Below are positions 38,375 through 49,556 of a stretch of DNA of 64,000 nt, one piece after another; position 1 is the first letter of the stretch, and each line of letters starts with the position of its first letter. The stretch spans positions 32,001 through 96,000 of the forward strand of contig CAWJGT010000007.1 of the NCBI GenBank assembly GCA_963842525.1, written 5' to 3'. A program made the position numbers and the translations under genes. Origin of the DNA: an uncultured Holophagales bacterium. Its GTDB lineage: Bacteria; Acidobacteriota; Thermoanaerobaculia; Multivoradales; UBA5704. The notes beneath the pieces are model-generated. The model was not told the origin of the DNA. It ran no database searches and saw only the letters and a program-made list of their open reading frames with translations.

Positions 38375-38935
38375 CTACCGCCTGCGCCGCGCCTCCTGAT
38401 ACTCCTCGCGCAGGAGGCCGTAGAGGTAGTTGTCGATGCGCCGGCCGCGGAGCTTGAAGTAGCCCTTGAGGCGGCCCTCCTTTTCGAAGCCGTTCTTCTC
38501 GAGGACCCGTTGCGAGCCGTAGTTCTCGACGGCGCAGCGGGCCTCGATCCGTTCGAGGAGGGTGTTCTGGAAGAGGTCTTCGAGGAGGATCTGCAGAGCC
38601 TCTGTCATCACGCCGCGGTTCTGGAAGGAGGTCGAGAGGGCGTAGCCCACCTCGGCGAGGCCGTGCTCCCAGTTGCTGACCACCAGGGTGATCCAGCCGG
38701 CGGCGTGGCCGTCGACCTGGACGATCCACTGGAACTTCTCGCCCCGGCCGCGGTAGAGGTCGGCGATGCGCTGGCTCGCCACGTCGGCCCGGAGCTGCGC
38801 CGTCGGCAGCTCGTTCAGCGGCTGGAAGCGCCGGACGGTCGGCTCGGCGCGCCACTGGCGCAGGATGTCGGCATCCCGGGGAGCCGCCGGCCGCAGGGTG
38901 ACTTCCTGGGGTGTGATCCGCTCGGCGAACGCCAT
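38375..38935 (-). CDS. GNAT N-acetyltransferase (RimJ/RimL-like)
   Basis: AEVGYAL..FQNRGVMTEAL, ENYGSQRVLEKNGF. Confidence 0.9.
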   Translation of the reverse strand: MAFAERITPQEVTLRPAAPRDADILRQWRAEPTVRRFQPLNELPTAQLRADVASQRIADLYRGRGEKFQWIVQVDGHAAGWITLVVSNWEHGLAEVGYALSTSFQNRGVMTEALQILLEDLFQNTLLERIEARCAVENYGSQRVLEKNGFEKEGRLKGYFKLRGRRIDNYLYGLLREEYQEARRRR

Positions 38936-38952
38936 ACAGCTATTTTAGCCAA

Positions 38953-40476
38953 TCATCCGCCGGCTGCGGCGGTTCCGGGTGTGGATCCTCCAGCGGTCTG
39001 GCGGCCGCGCAGGCGCCAGGTCCCGAGCGCCGGCAGGATCGAGAGCAGGGCCATATATGCATAGCCCTGGACGAAGAGGTAGAGGAAGGGAACCGAGGGC
39101 CACATCCCCTTCACCACCGCGTAGGTCGTACAGAAGGCGAAGTAGACGGCGAGCACCACCTCCACCAGGAACGAGACGTTGCGGCCGGAGCGGTAGCGCT
39201 TACCCAGCCAGTCCTCGCCCCGTTTCTCGATGCGGTACTTGGGGGTGCGGTGGAAGGTGCCGCCCCGCTGCAGCAGGCCCGAGACCACGGCGAAGGTGTT
39301 GTTCACCGAAAGGCCGAGGCCGACTCCCATCAGGGTGGGCAGATAGCGAAGCTGCTGCCGCCAGCCGATGCCGGCCGCGCTCTGGCTCGCCATGTAGAAG
39401 ACCAGCACGGAGACCGTGGCGCCGAGGAAGAGCGGCAGGTCGATGAGCAGCACAGTCCTCAAGGTCGTGTCGCTGCGCGCGATCATGGCGGGGAAGACCA
39501 GCAGGGCGAGCACGGACATCAGCGCGTAGCTCACGTTGTTCGTCAGATGGACGAAGGCCTCGAATTTCACCCGCCAGGGGAGCGGCGAGCGCAGGATGCG
39601 CCCGAGGAGCTTGCGGCCGGTCTGGATCGAGCCCTTGGCCCAGCGGTATTGCTGGCTCTTGAAGCCGTTGATGTCGACCGGCAGCTCCGAGGGGACCGCC
39701 AGCTCGGGCAGGTAGAGGAACCTCCAGCCGCGGAGCTGGGCGCGGTAGGAGAGGTCGAGGTCCTCGGTCAGGGTGTCGTGCTCCCAGCCGCCGGATTCGA
39801 GGATCGCCTCGCGCCGCCAGATGCCGGCCGTGCCGTTGAAGTTGAAGAAGCAGCCGGTCCTGTGCCGGGCCGTGTGCTCGATGAGGAAATGGCCGTCGAG
39901 GAGGATGGCCTGGATCCGGGTCAGCAGCGAATAGTGCCGGTTGATGTGCGCCCAGCTCCCCTGCACCATGCCGATCGCCGGATCGGAGAAGAACGGCACC
40001 GAGGACCGGAGGAAGTCCGGCTGGGGCACGAAATCGGCGTCGAAGACGGCCAGCAGCGCCCCGCGCGCCCGTTCCAGGCCGTGGACGAGCGCCCCGGCCT
40101 TGAAGCCCGTGCGGTCGGGCCGGCGGATGTGGTGGACGTCGATGCCCCGGGCGCGCTGCTCGGCCACGACCCGGGCGACGATCTCGGTGGTCTCGTCGGT
40201 TGAGTCGTCGAGGACCTGGACCTCCAGGCGGCCGGCGGGATAGTCCAACGCGCAGGCGGCCTCGATCAGGCGGGGGGCTACGTACATCTCGTTGTAGAGT
40301 GGAAGCTGCACCGTGACCACGGGCCAGACCTCGGGATCGGCGGGCCGCACGGGCCGGCGCCCGCGGGTGCGCAGATACCACACGACCAGCGCGAGACGGT
40401 GCACGCCGTAGAAAGCGAGCACCGAAAGGACGAGGTAATAGAGTGCCAGCAGCGCCGGCGCCCCCGGAAAGCCCAT
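38953..40476 (-). CDS. GT2 glycosyltransferase (cellulose synthase-like)
   Basis: QLPLYNE, DDSTD, FKAGAL, FDADF, TEDLDLS, QQYRWAKG. Confidence 0.93.
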   Translation of the reverse strand: MGFPGAPALLALYYLVLSVLAFYGVHRLALVVWYLRTRGRRPVRPADPEVWPVVTVQLPLYNEMYVAPRLIEAACALDYPAGRLEVQVLDDSTDETTEIVARVVAEQRARGIDVHHIRRPDRTGFKAGALVHGLERARGALLAVFDADFVPQPDFLRSSVPFFSDPAIGMVQGSWAHINRHYSLLTRIQAILLDGHFLIEHTARHRTGCFFNFNGTAGIWRREAILESGGWEHDTLTEDLDLSYRAQLRGWRFLYLPELAVPSELPVDINGFKSQQYRWAKGSIQTGRKLLGRILRSPLPWRVKFEAFVHLTNNVSYALMSVLALLVFPAMIARSDTTLRTVLLIDLPLFLGATVSVLVFYMASQSAAGIGWRQQLRYLPTLMGVGLGLSVNNTFAVVSGLLQRGGTFHRTPKYRIEKRGEDWLGKRYRSGRNVSFLVEVVLAVYFAFCTTYAVVKGMWPSVPFLYLFVQGYAYMALLSILPALGTWRLRGRQTAGGSTPGTAAAGG

Positions 40477-41870
40477 GGTCAGCGCACCCGTCTCCGGCGG
40501 CGAGCCTCCGGACCGTCCGGGCCCGTGATCTGGCCCTGCTGGCAGCCCTGATCATGCCGCTGCTCGCCACCCACCTCGGTCTCCTGCTCCTCTTCGACCT
40601 CGCTCATCATCCGATCTCCACCTTGCTCCTTCTCGGCGCTGCCTTCCTCGGCCTCGCTTTCGCCGTGCGACGGCTCGGCGCGTCCGGACACCGTCTGGGC
40701 GGAACGATCCTGCTGGGAGCCGCGGCTCTGCGGCTGGTCCTGCTCCCACTCCCGCCGACTCTGTCCGACGACGCGCTGCGCTACCTCTGGGATGGAAAGG
40801 TGGCGATGTCCGGCCTCAACCCCTACGCGCTCCCGCCGGCAGCCCCTGAGCTCACCCCTCTCCGAGACGAGACCTGGCGGCGGCTCCCCCATACCGACGT
40901 CGCAACGGTCTACCCGCCGCTCGCCATCGCGAGCTTCAGTATAGCGACTCTGCTGCCGTTCCCGCTCCTTGCCTGGAAGTCGCTCGTCGCCGTGACCGAT
41001 CTCGGGACCTGCGCGCTCCTCCTCGCCCTGGCGCGGCGGCGGGGAATCCCCGAGGCGAGAACCGCCTGGTACGCCTGGAATCCCCTGGTCACCCTGGAGG
41101 TGGCGGGCATGGGGCACCTCGACGCCCTGGGCGTCGCGGCGATCGTGGCCACGGCGCTCGCCTTGACGCCCCGCCCGGGAGGCGGCCGGCGCTGGAAACG
41201 GGCCGCAGTCGCCGCCGCGGCCGGGGTCCTCGCCAAGCTGGCGCCGCTCGCCGCGCTGCCCATGTGGGCGCGCCAGAGCGGCCGTCCGGTGCGGTTCCTC
41301 GCCGTGGCGCTCGGCCTGGCCGCCGTGGCCTTCCTGCCGGTCCTCACCGCGGCGGGAGGGATTCCGCCCGGCCTCCTCCGCTATGGCATCTCCTGGGAGT
41401 TCAACGGCCCCGTCTACGAGCCGCTCTGGCGCCTGCTCGACGCGGCGGGCGCGGCTCCGGCGCTCAAGTCCTTCCTGGACCATCTGAAGGAGTGGACCGG
41501 GGAGCACGAGGCCTGGAACCCCCTCTATCCCTACGTGTATCCGCAGCTCCTCGCCAAGGCGCTGCTGGCCCTGGGGATGGCTGCCGCGGTGGCCCGGTCC
41601 CTGCGAGAGAAGGACCCGGTGGTGGGGAGCCGCCGGCTTTTCGGCGCGCTGATGCTCCTCTCGCCGACCGTCTATCCCTGGTACCTGCTCTGGGTGCTCC
41701 CCTGGGCGGCCCTGACGCGGCACCGAGCATGGCTCGTCCTGTCGGGGCTGATCCTGCTCTCGTATCTGACGAAGATGATGGAGCTGCCGCTGATGCCGTG
41801 GATCTATCTTTCGATCTGGGTGCCGTTCGCGGTGCTCAGCCTCACCCCCTGGGGAAAGGGGGATGGCTGA
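40443..41870 (+). CDS. GT-C membrane glycosyltransferase (GT87/DUF2029-like); start uncertain
   Basis: LSDDALRYLWDG, TVYPP, YAWNPL, GHLD, TVYPWYLLW. Confidence 0.85.
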   Translation: MPAAPAPPESPWSAHPSPAASLRTVRARDLALLAALIMPLLATHLGLLLLFDLAHHPISTLLLLGAAFLGLAFAVRRLGASGHRLGGTILLGAAALRLVLLPLPPTLSDDALRYLWDGKVAMSGLNPYALPPAAPELTPLRDETWRRLPHTDVATVYPPLAIASFSIATLLPFPLLAWKSLVAVTDLGTCALLLALARRRGIPEARTAWYAWNPLVTLEVAGMGHLDALGVAAIVATALALTPRPGGGRRWKRAAVAAAAGVLAKLAPLAALPMWARQSGRPVRFLAVALGLAAVAFLPVLTAAGGIPPGLLRYGISWEFNGPVYEPLWRLLDAAGAAPALKSFLDHLKEWTGEHEAWNPLYPYVYPQLLAKALLALGMAAAVARSLREKDPVVGSRRLFGALMLLSPTVYPWYLLWVLPWAALTRHRAWLVLSGLILLSYLTKMMELPLMPWIYLSIWVPFAVLSLTPWGKGDG

Positions 41871-43385
41871 GGCAGGATACGCAGGACCGTCACATCATCC
41901 TCCTTGCGGACGAGTTGGAGCCAAGAAACGGGAGATTTACTCTCTATCAGCGAGACCGGGCGGTCGCGCAGGTCGATTTGGCCGGCGACGAGGTAGGCGG
42001 CTCCGGAGCGGCGGAGGAGCGGCTCGATCTTCTCGAAGTAGAGCCGCGGGTCCTCGATCTCCGGCCCGAAGGCGTCCGGCAGGGCGATGTACCTGCGTCC
42101 GAGATAGCGGCCGAGGAAGGGCGAGGTCCCGGCGAGGCCGGCACCCGGCGGCAGGGAGGCGTCGAGACGCTTCAGGACGGCTACTTCCCGATAAGGATGA
42201 CGGTCGACGAACGCGGGCAGGCGGAAGGCGAAGGTCTTGACCGCCAGCAGCCCGACAAGGCCGAGAGCGAGAGCCATCTCCGCCCGGCGGCTCCAGCCCT
42301 GGACCGGCGCGCCCACCGTGTAGAACATCAAGCCATAACTCGGCGGGATCAGGACGAGCAGGAGCCTCCCCCAGGCGAAGAAGGAGAATGCGACGGCCAG
42401 GAGGAAGCTGACCCAGGCGAAGGCCAGCCAGCCGGCTTCGCGCGGCCTGGCGCGGACGGCGAACCAGAGCCCGGAGAGGAAGAACAGCGAATGGACCCAG
42501 GTGCCGAGGAGCTGCCCGAGCCCCGCCTCGAAGCCAAGGAGGAAGCGCACGAGCTCGTTGCCCCCCTCACGCGCCACCGCAGCCGGATCTTCGAGCACCA
42601 CGTCCAGGAGGCCCGAGTACGGCACCCGGTCCAGATACGACCAGTCGGGATAGCCGTGGAGCTTCCAGGCCAGGTTCTTCCAGTTCTCGTCGTGGAACGG
42701 ATCGCCGAAGGCCGCCTGGCGCAGACGCCCAATGGGGGAGCAGGACCAGGCAGGCCAGGATTGCGGCGCCCACGAGATGCCCGAGCCGGCGTTTCTCTCT
42801 CGGTGCGAGCCACCAGGCGACCAGGAGGGAGGGGATCAGGAACAGGGCGTTCGAGCGGGTGAAGGCGGCGAGGCCGAGGAGCACCCCGGCGGCGAGCGCC
42901 GGCCCTGGCCGCGGCGCCTGGAGATAGGCGAGCCCAGCCAGCAGCGACCCTGCCGCCAGCGCTGCGAAGAGCATGTCGGTCGATGCGTGCTGGCCCAGGA
43001 TCCACAGGTTGGGATTGACCGCCGCGAGGGCCATGGCCCAGACGCCGGCCTTCGTCCCGAAAGAGCTGCCGCCCAGGCGCCGGCCGAACGCCCAGCACTC
43101 CCAGGCCAGGGCGGCGGCAGCCAGGTTCGAGATCAGGCGCGCCGCGGCGAATGGGTCGCCGACCAGGAGCGCCAGCCCGGCGGTCAGGATCGGGTAGAAG
43201 AGCGGCCGGAAGGGATCGCGCGGCAGCGTGCCGGCGAGGATCAGCTCGGCCTGGGCGACGTAGCCGTCCCGCTCGGCCGTGCCGGCCTCCTCGACCCAGT
43301 GGACCCGCTGTCCGAACAGGGCCAGGGCGGCGAAGAGGACGAGCGCGGCGGCCAGAGCGAGCCGCCCGGCGCGGTCGGGGGGCAT
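41804..43385 (-). CDS. ArnT/GT39-like membrane glycosyltransferase; frameshift near 42730
   Basis: ERDGY, DPFRPLFYP, LGLAAFTRSN, then FGDPFHDENWKNLAW in a second frame. Confidence 0.75.
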
Positions 43386-43401
43386 GAGGGGATGGTAGCA
43401 G

Positions 43402-44055
43402 CTACACCGCGGCGCGTCGCCGCCGGCTGCGCGCCCGCCAGATCTCCCAGAGCGCAGGCACCAGCGACAGGATGATGATCGCCAGGATCACCAGCGAGAA
43501 GTTCTCCCGCACGAAGGTGAGATTGCCGAACAGGTACCCGGCCACGGTGCAGATCAGCACCCAGGCCACGCCGCCGACCACGTTGTAGCTCATGAACCGG
43601 CGGTAGGTCATCGTGCCGAGGCCGGCCACGAACGGCGCCAGAGTCCGCACGATGGGGACGAAGCGGGCGATGATGATCGTCTTGCCGCCGTACTTCTCGT
43701 AGAACTCGTGCGTGTAGGCCAGGTGCTCGGGCTTGACCAGGCGGAAGCGCTTGAAGGCGAGCAGCCGTGGGCCGAGACGGTCGCCGACCCAGTAGTTGAC
43801 CGTGTCGCCGAGCACCGCGGCCACGATGAGCAGGACGATCAGGACAGGCAGCGAGAGCGAGCCGGTGGCGGCGAAGGCCCCGGCGGCGAAGAGCAGCGAG
43901 TCGCCGGGCAGGAACGGGGTCACCACCAGGCCGGTCTCGCAGAAGACGATCAGGAAGAGGAGCAGGTAGGTCCAGGCCCCGTACTCCGCCAGGATCGGCG
44001 CCAGGTGCTTGTCCAGGTGGAGGAAGAGGTCGATGAGCTGGGTCAGGATATCCAT
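43402..44055 (-). CDS. dedA: DedA family protein
   Basis: FCETGLVVTPFLPGDSLLF, GGKTIIIARFVPIVRT. Confidence 0.93.
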   Translation of the reverse strand: MDILTQLIDLFLHLDKHLAPILAEYGAWTYLLLFLIVFCETGLVVTPFLPGDSLLFAAGAFAATGSLSLPVLIVLLIVAAVLGDTVNYWVGDRLGPRLLAFKRFRLVKPEHLAYTHEFYEKYGGKTIIIARFVPIVRTLAPFVAGLGTMTYRRFMSYNVVGGVAWVLICTVAGYLFGNLTFVRENFSLVILAIIILSLVPALWEIWRARSRRRRAAV

Positions 44056-44133
44056 CGTTTTTCGCCGCGCGAAGAGTAAGGGCTCGCCGCCGGATTGTCC
44101 AGAGAGATAAGCTTGCCGCCCCTGGAGGGCCTC

Positions 44134-45904
44134 ATGACGCTGTCGATCTTCCTCGTCCTCGCCCTGCTCGTCGCCATCGTCCTGGTCTTCGCCTTCGAGT
44201 GGATCTCGGTCGACATGGCGACGCTGATCCTGCTGGCGATCCTGGTGCTGTCGGGCATCCTGACCGTCGAGGAGGCCTTCTCCGGGTTCTCCAACGACAT
44301 CGTCATCATCCTGGCCTCGATCTTCGTCCTCTCCGGAGCGCTGATGAAGGGCGGCGTCCTGGACTATCTGGGCGAGACGATCCACCGCATCGCCGGCGGC
44401 AGCAAGACCAAGGTGCTGCTCTGCATCATGCCGCTCACCAACGTCATCTCGTCCTTCATGAACAACACCACGACCACGGCGGTCCTGATGCCCGCCGTGC
44501 TCGGCCTGTGCCGGCGGAGCAAGCTGAGCCCGGGCAAGGTGCTGATCCCGCTCGCCTACGCCTCCATGCTGGGCGGCACCTGCACCCTGATCGGCACCTC
44601 GACCAACGTGGCCGCGAGCGGCTACGTCAAGGCGGCGGGGCTCGAGCCCTTCTCCATGTTCGAGTTCCTGCCGGTAGGCCTGGCCGTCAGTCTCGCCGGG
44701 CATCGTCTACATGGTCTTCGTCGGGCACCGGCTGCTGCCGGAGACGCACGAGGGCAACCTCACGGAAGAGTACGCGGTCCGCGAGTACCTCTCGGAGGTG
44801 GTGGTCACCCCCGGCTCGTCGCTGGCCGGCAAGGCCCTGCGCGACAGCCCGCTGTCGCAGATGGGGCTCCAGGTGCGGGCCATCCACCGCGGCGAGCGGC
44901 GGATCTACCCCGAGCCGTACATGCAGCTCGAAGAGGGGGACCTGCTGATCGTCCAGTCCGGGCGCGAAGGGCTTCTCCTGGTCAAGGAGACGGCCGGGGT
45001 CGAGATCAAGCCTGATCTCAAGCCGGGCGACGAGGACCTGACCAGCCCGACGATGAAGATCGTCGAAGCCATCCTGATGCCGCAGTCGTCGCTCATCGGA
45101 CGCAGCATCAAGGAGCTCGACTTCCGCCGCCGTTTCGGCGTGACGGTCATCGCCATCCACCGGCGCGGCCACGCACTGGCCGCCCGCATCGGCGGGTTGC
45201 CGCTGCGTGCCGGCGACGTGCTCCTCCTCCAGGGGCGTCCCGAGCGGTTCCAGGCCCTGGCGGGCAACGCCGACCTGTGGATGCTGGAGGAGGTCGAGCA
45301 CCGGCCGGCCCGCCGCCGTCTGGGGCTCTACTCGGTGGGGATCTTCCTGCTCGCGGTGCTCGCCTCGGCCTTCGACGTCGTGCCGCTGCCCATCGCCTTC
45401 CTGGCCGCGGCGCTGGGGGTGGTGGCCACGCGCCTCATCACCATGGAAGAGGCCTACAACCTGATCGACTGGCGGCTGCTGATCCTGATCGCCGGCATGA
45501 CGGCCTTCGGCACGGCCATGCAGAAGACCGGCACGGCCCAATACCTGGCCGGGCTGATCGTCGGCTGGACCGAGCCGTTCGGGGTCGGAGTCGTCCTCCT
45601 CGCCTTCTCGGTGCTCACCATGCTGCTGACGCAGCCGATGTCGAACGCCGCCGCGGCTCTCGTGGTGCTGCCGGTGGCCCTGAGCACGGCGCACCAGCTC
45701 CATCTCGATCCTCGCGCGTTCGCCGTGCTCATCACGCTCTCCGCCTCGCTCTCCTTCATCACGCCGTTCGAGCCGTCATGCCTGATCATCTTCAGCCCGG
45801 GCAAGTACCGCTTCCGCGACTTCATGCGCTGTGGCCTGCCGTTGACGATCCTGGTGATCGCGATTTTGATGCTGATGGTGCCGATGATCTGGCCGCTACG
45901 ATGA
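44134..45904 (+). CDS. SLC13 family permease with TrkA-C domains; frameshift near 44700
   Basis: SFMNNT, GGTCTLIGTSTN, two TrkA-C repeats, QPMSNAAA, SFITP, YRFRDF. Confidence 0.9.
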
Positions 45905-46052
45905 TTGCGGAAGGCCCAACCGCCTGGCCCCCGCGACCCCTGACGCTACGCTACGCCTCGCGCGCACGATATTGGCCTTGGTGGTGGCGGGGAGAGAGAC
46001 GCCCTGGCCGTGGTGGTACCGGTGAGGGCGGTGGTCGCGGACTAGGGCGTCT

Positions 46053-47216
46053 CTACGGGTGGCGTTGGTCGTTCAGTTCGAGAAACAGATTTTCCACCCG
46101 CTCCGCCACCGCCGTCCAGTCGAACTGTTCGGCATGGCGTCGAGCATTCTCGCCCAGACGGCGGACCTCGGATTCGTCGGCGAGGAGGGCGTCGAGGGCC
46201 GCGGCGAGGGGCTCCGGGTCCGGCGCTGTGCAGACACCGTGGACGCCGGGCTCGACGAGCTCGCCGAGGGCGCTTTCGGAGGACTCGCAGTAGACGACCG
46301 GCAGGCCGGCGGCCATGGCTTCCAACGGAAAGAGGCCGAAGCCCTCTCGCGAAGAGGGTTGGACTGCGATGCGGCTCGCGCCCAGCCGCTGCCAGACCTC
46401 GACGTTGGTGCGCAGGTAGCCGTGGAAGACCACGGCATCCCCGAGACCGAGGCGGCCGGCGAGGGCGGTCAGGCGCTCGCGGTCGGGGCCGTCGCCGAAG
46501 ATGGCCAGGAGCGGGCCGGGATGGCGGGGCGCCAGGCGGGTGATTCGCGCGATGGCTTCGAGCAGGAGGTCGAGCCGTTTCTCCGCGAGCAGCCGGCCGG
46601 CGTAGACCAGAGGCGGACCTGATCCAGGTTCGGCCGCCGCGGCGCTCTCGCGGATGCGGGCAAGGGGGATGCCGTTGGGGATCACCCGGACCTCTTCCTT
46701 CCGCCGGGCCTCGACCCGGCCGGCGGTGAGGCGGCTCACGGCCACGGCGCGGGTGCCGAGAGGGACCGTCAGCCGTTCCACCGCTGCATAGAGCGGCCAC
46801 GTCCAGCCGAGGTAGCGCGCCCAGTACCGGCCCCAGTGCTCGTGCCAGGTCACCACCAGCGGCTTTCCCCTCCTCCGGCAGCGCAACGCGAGCACCGGCA
46901 GATGGGCATAGGGGATGTTGGCCGCCTCGACCACGTCGAATCGCGACAGGTCGATCCGGGCGGCGGCCCGGGCGAGGCGCAGGGCTTCCCGCGTGCTCCT
47001 TTTGCCGGATTCGCCGTAGAGCCGTCCCGGCCGGCCCACCGGCAGGATCTCGACTCCGTCGTACGGCTGTGACGGCGCGGCGCTGAATCCGGCCAGGGTC
47101 ACCCGGTGCCCGCGCGCCGCCAGGGCCCGTGCCAGCTCGTGGTTGCGGTGCTCGACCCCGCCGACCGACTCCGGGTAGATGCAGTCGTAGAAGAGGAGGA
47201 CCGAGAGGGACCTCAT
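46053..47216 (-). CDS. GT4 glycosyltransferase
   Basis: YPESVGGVE, IPNGI, AGRLLAEK, REGFGLFPLEAMAAGLP. Confidence 0.9.
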   Translation of the reverse strand: MRSLSVLLFYDCIYPESVGGVEHRNHELARALAARGHRVTLAGFSAAPSQPYDGVEILPVGRPGRLYGESGKRSTREALRLARAAARIDLSRFDVVEAANIPYAHLPVLALRCRRRGKPLVVTWHEHWGRYWARYLGWTWPLYAAVERLTVPLGTRAVAVSRLTAGRVEARRKEEVRVIPNGIPLARIRESAAAAEPGSGPPLVYAGRLLAEKRLDLLLEAIARITRLAPRHPGPLLAIFGDGPDRERLTALAGRLGLGDAVVFHGYLRTNVEVWQRLGASRIAVQPSSREGFGLFPLEAMAAGLPVVYCESSESALGELVEPGVHGVCTAPDPEPLAAALDALLADESEVRRLGENARRHAEQFDWTAVAERVENLFLELNDQRHP

Positions 47217-48175
47217 CCCGCCTCGGCCTCCGGAGCCGCGGCCGCCCGCCGGCGGAGCACGGCGAGACAGGCGAGCCCAAGGACCGCCTGCCAGGCCATG
47301 CCGAAGACATAGTGAGCGAGGCTCAGGGCGAGCACGTCCGCGGAGCGTGCGTCCGGCGTGGGGGCCGTGGACCAGGGACTGAAGAAGAGCACCTGCAGGG
47401 CTTGCCCTGTGCCGAGACCGCTGGGCGTGATGGGCAGAGCCGCGATGAGCAGAGCGACCGGCATCAGGGCCAGGCCGCGCGAGAGCGGCAGCGGGATCCC
47501 CCAGACCGGAAACGCTCCCCATTGAAGCAGCACCAACACGAGGATATGGGGGAGCCGCGCCGAGACGGCGCGCAGGTGTCCCCGCACCCCGGCCTCGAAG
47601 AGCGGGGCCAGGGCGGCCCGGCCGGCCAGCCACCGCACCCGCGCGGCGATTACAGCCAGGTAGAGGACAATCCCTCCGAGCGCCCCGGCGATGAGGAGGA
47701 GCAGGACCTCTCTCTGGTCCCGCGGCAGGTCGACCAGCAGCCCCAGGGCCGCCAGGAGCACGGCCGCGATTCCGTTGGACAGGATCATCAACAGCATGGC
47801 CCCGGCCGCACGGGACCGGCCCACTCCCACCCGCGCCAGGTAGAAGCCCACGCCCCCCTGGCCGGCCACGTACGAGATCAGGCCCAGGAGATAGCTCGCC
47901 CCGCGGGCCAGGAACAGCTCGCCGAAGCCGCGGCGCACCCCGCCGGCGGCGAGCGCTTCGCGGGTGGACCAGGCGTCGACCGGGAGGATGAGGAGGATCT
48001 CGACCAGGGAGTAGAGGAAGAGAGCGAGCCAGGGCCCCCGGCGGAGCGCCTCGCGCAGGGCCTCCACCGGCACCGACCGGAAGAGCCAGGCCAGGATGGC
48101 GATCGCCACCAGCCAGGGGAGCCAGCGCGCGGCAAGCGCCCGCAGGGAGGCCGCCCGCGATGTTTGGTCCCTCAC
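47213..48175 (-). CDS. Flippase-like (lysylphosphatidylglycerol synthase TM domain) protein
   Basis: Multi-TM, ALPITPSGLG; the probable GTG start lies in a REP arm. Confidence 0.75.
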   Translation of the reverse strand: MRDQTSRAASLRALAARWLPWLVAIAILAWLFRSVPVEALREALRRGPWLALFLYSLVEILLILPVDAWSTREALAAGGVRRGFGELFLARGASYLLGLISYVAGQGGVGFYLARVGVGRSRAAGAMLLMILSNGIAAVLLAALGLLVDLPRDQREVLLLLIAGALGGIVLYLAVIAARVRWLAGRAALAPLFEAGVRGHLRAVSARLPHILVLVLLQWGAFPVWGIPLPLSRGLALMPVALLIAALPITPSGLGTGQALQVLFFSPWSTAPTPDARSADVLALSLAHYVFGMAWQAVLGLACLAVLRRRAAAAPEAEAG

Positions 48176-48315
48176 CCCCGACCCCTCTCCCATCCGCACT
48201 CCCTTCCACCGGGAGAGGGGAGCCCCCACCCCAAAATTTCTCCGGAAGAGCTTTTTCCCCCCTCTCCCGGGGGGCAGGGAGTGCGGATGGGAGAGGGGGG
48301 CCAGGGGGGTGAGGG
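48169..48315. repeat. CCCTCACCCC-type REP inverted pair
   Basis: Near copy of 28278-28425. Confidence 0.88.
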
Positions 48316-48327
48316 CATTCCGGGCAG

Positions 48328-49487
48328 CTACCGCCGTTCGATCAGCATCAGGCTGATCAGGAAGGAGGCGAAGACCGTCTGCGCGCCCATCACCAGGGCG
48401 GTCATGCCGATCATGACGCCCCGCACCGCCATCAGCTCGCCGCCGCCGGTGCGCAGCCAGTCGAGGACGATCTTGACCTCCAGGCCGAGGCCGGCGAGGA
48501 AGAGGAGCGCGCCCAGGATCAGTCCCCGTTCCAGCGAATACAAGCGGTGGAGCCGCTGCAGCCACTGCCGCGGCCGGGCAAAGCCCGCTCCCATCGAGAA
48601 GGTCTTGGCGAAGACGTCGAAGAGGATCAGGTTGTAACCCAGGATCAGCGCCACAGCCCCGAAGAGCAGGGTGTGGTAGTCCCAGGTGCGCCCGAACACC
48701 TCGCGCGGCCCGCCCGCCAGCAGCGCCACCACGATCCCGCCGAGGAGCATCAGCAGAAAGCCGGGTAGCTGGAAGAGGTACGAGGGCGAGAAGAGCAGCA
48801 TGAAGCGGACATGCCGCCAGGCGTCCCGCAACCCGGAGAGCTTCGATTCGCCGATCCGCGGATGGTAGGTGATCGGGATCTCGTGGATCTTGAGGCCGGC
48901 GCGCAGGGAGTTGACCACCATCTCCGAGGCGAGCTCCATGCCCGTGGTCTGCAGGCGCATCCGCTCGTAGGCCTCGCGGGTGAAGGCGCGCATGCCGCAG
49001 TGCGAGTCCGAGACGCTGGTCCGGAACAGCAGCCGCAGCATGCCCGAGAGGATCGGATTGCCGATCCAGCGGTGCGACCAGGGCATGGCGCCCGGGAGGA
49101 TCTCCCCCTTGAGGCGCGAGCCGATGACCATGTCGTACCCTGGTTTCGCAGCGGCTCGACGAAGGCCGGGATGGCCCCGAAGTCGTAGCTGTCGTCCGAG
49201 TCGCCCATGACCAGCAGGCGCCCGCGGGCCTCGGCGAAGCCGCGCAGGTAGGCCGATCCGTAGCCGCGCCGCCGCTCATGGATGACCCGCGCGCCGGCCC
49301 GCTCCGCGATCTCGGGCGAGCCGTCGGTGGAGCCGTTGTCCACCACGACCACCTCGGCCGGAACGCCCAGGGTCTGGAGCGCGCGCCAGGCCTTCTCCAC
49401 GCACCGGCCCACCGACTCCGCCTCGTTCAGGCAGGGCATGACCACGGACACCTCGACCTCCGCAGTGGTCGGCGTGCTGGCAGGCAC
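48328..49487 (-). CDS. GT2 polyprenol-phosphate glycosyltransferase (DPM1-like); frameshift near 49140
   Basis: SVVMPCLNE, VDNGSTDG, MGDSDDSY, then IGSR, DSHCGMRA, ELASEM. Confidence 0.88.
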
Positions 49488-49556
49488 GGGCCTCGGTGGG
49501 TCGGCTAGGGTACATGAGGGTCGTCGAAAATCTCGGCGGCAGTGTAGCAGAGGACC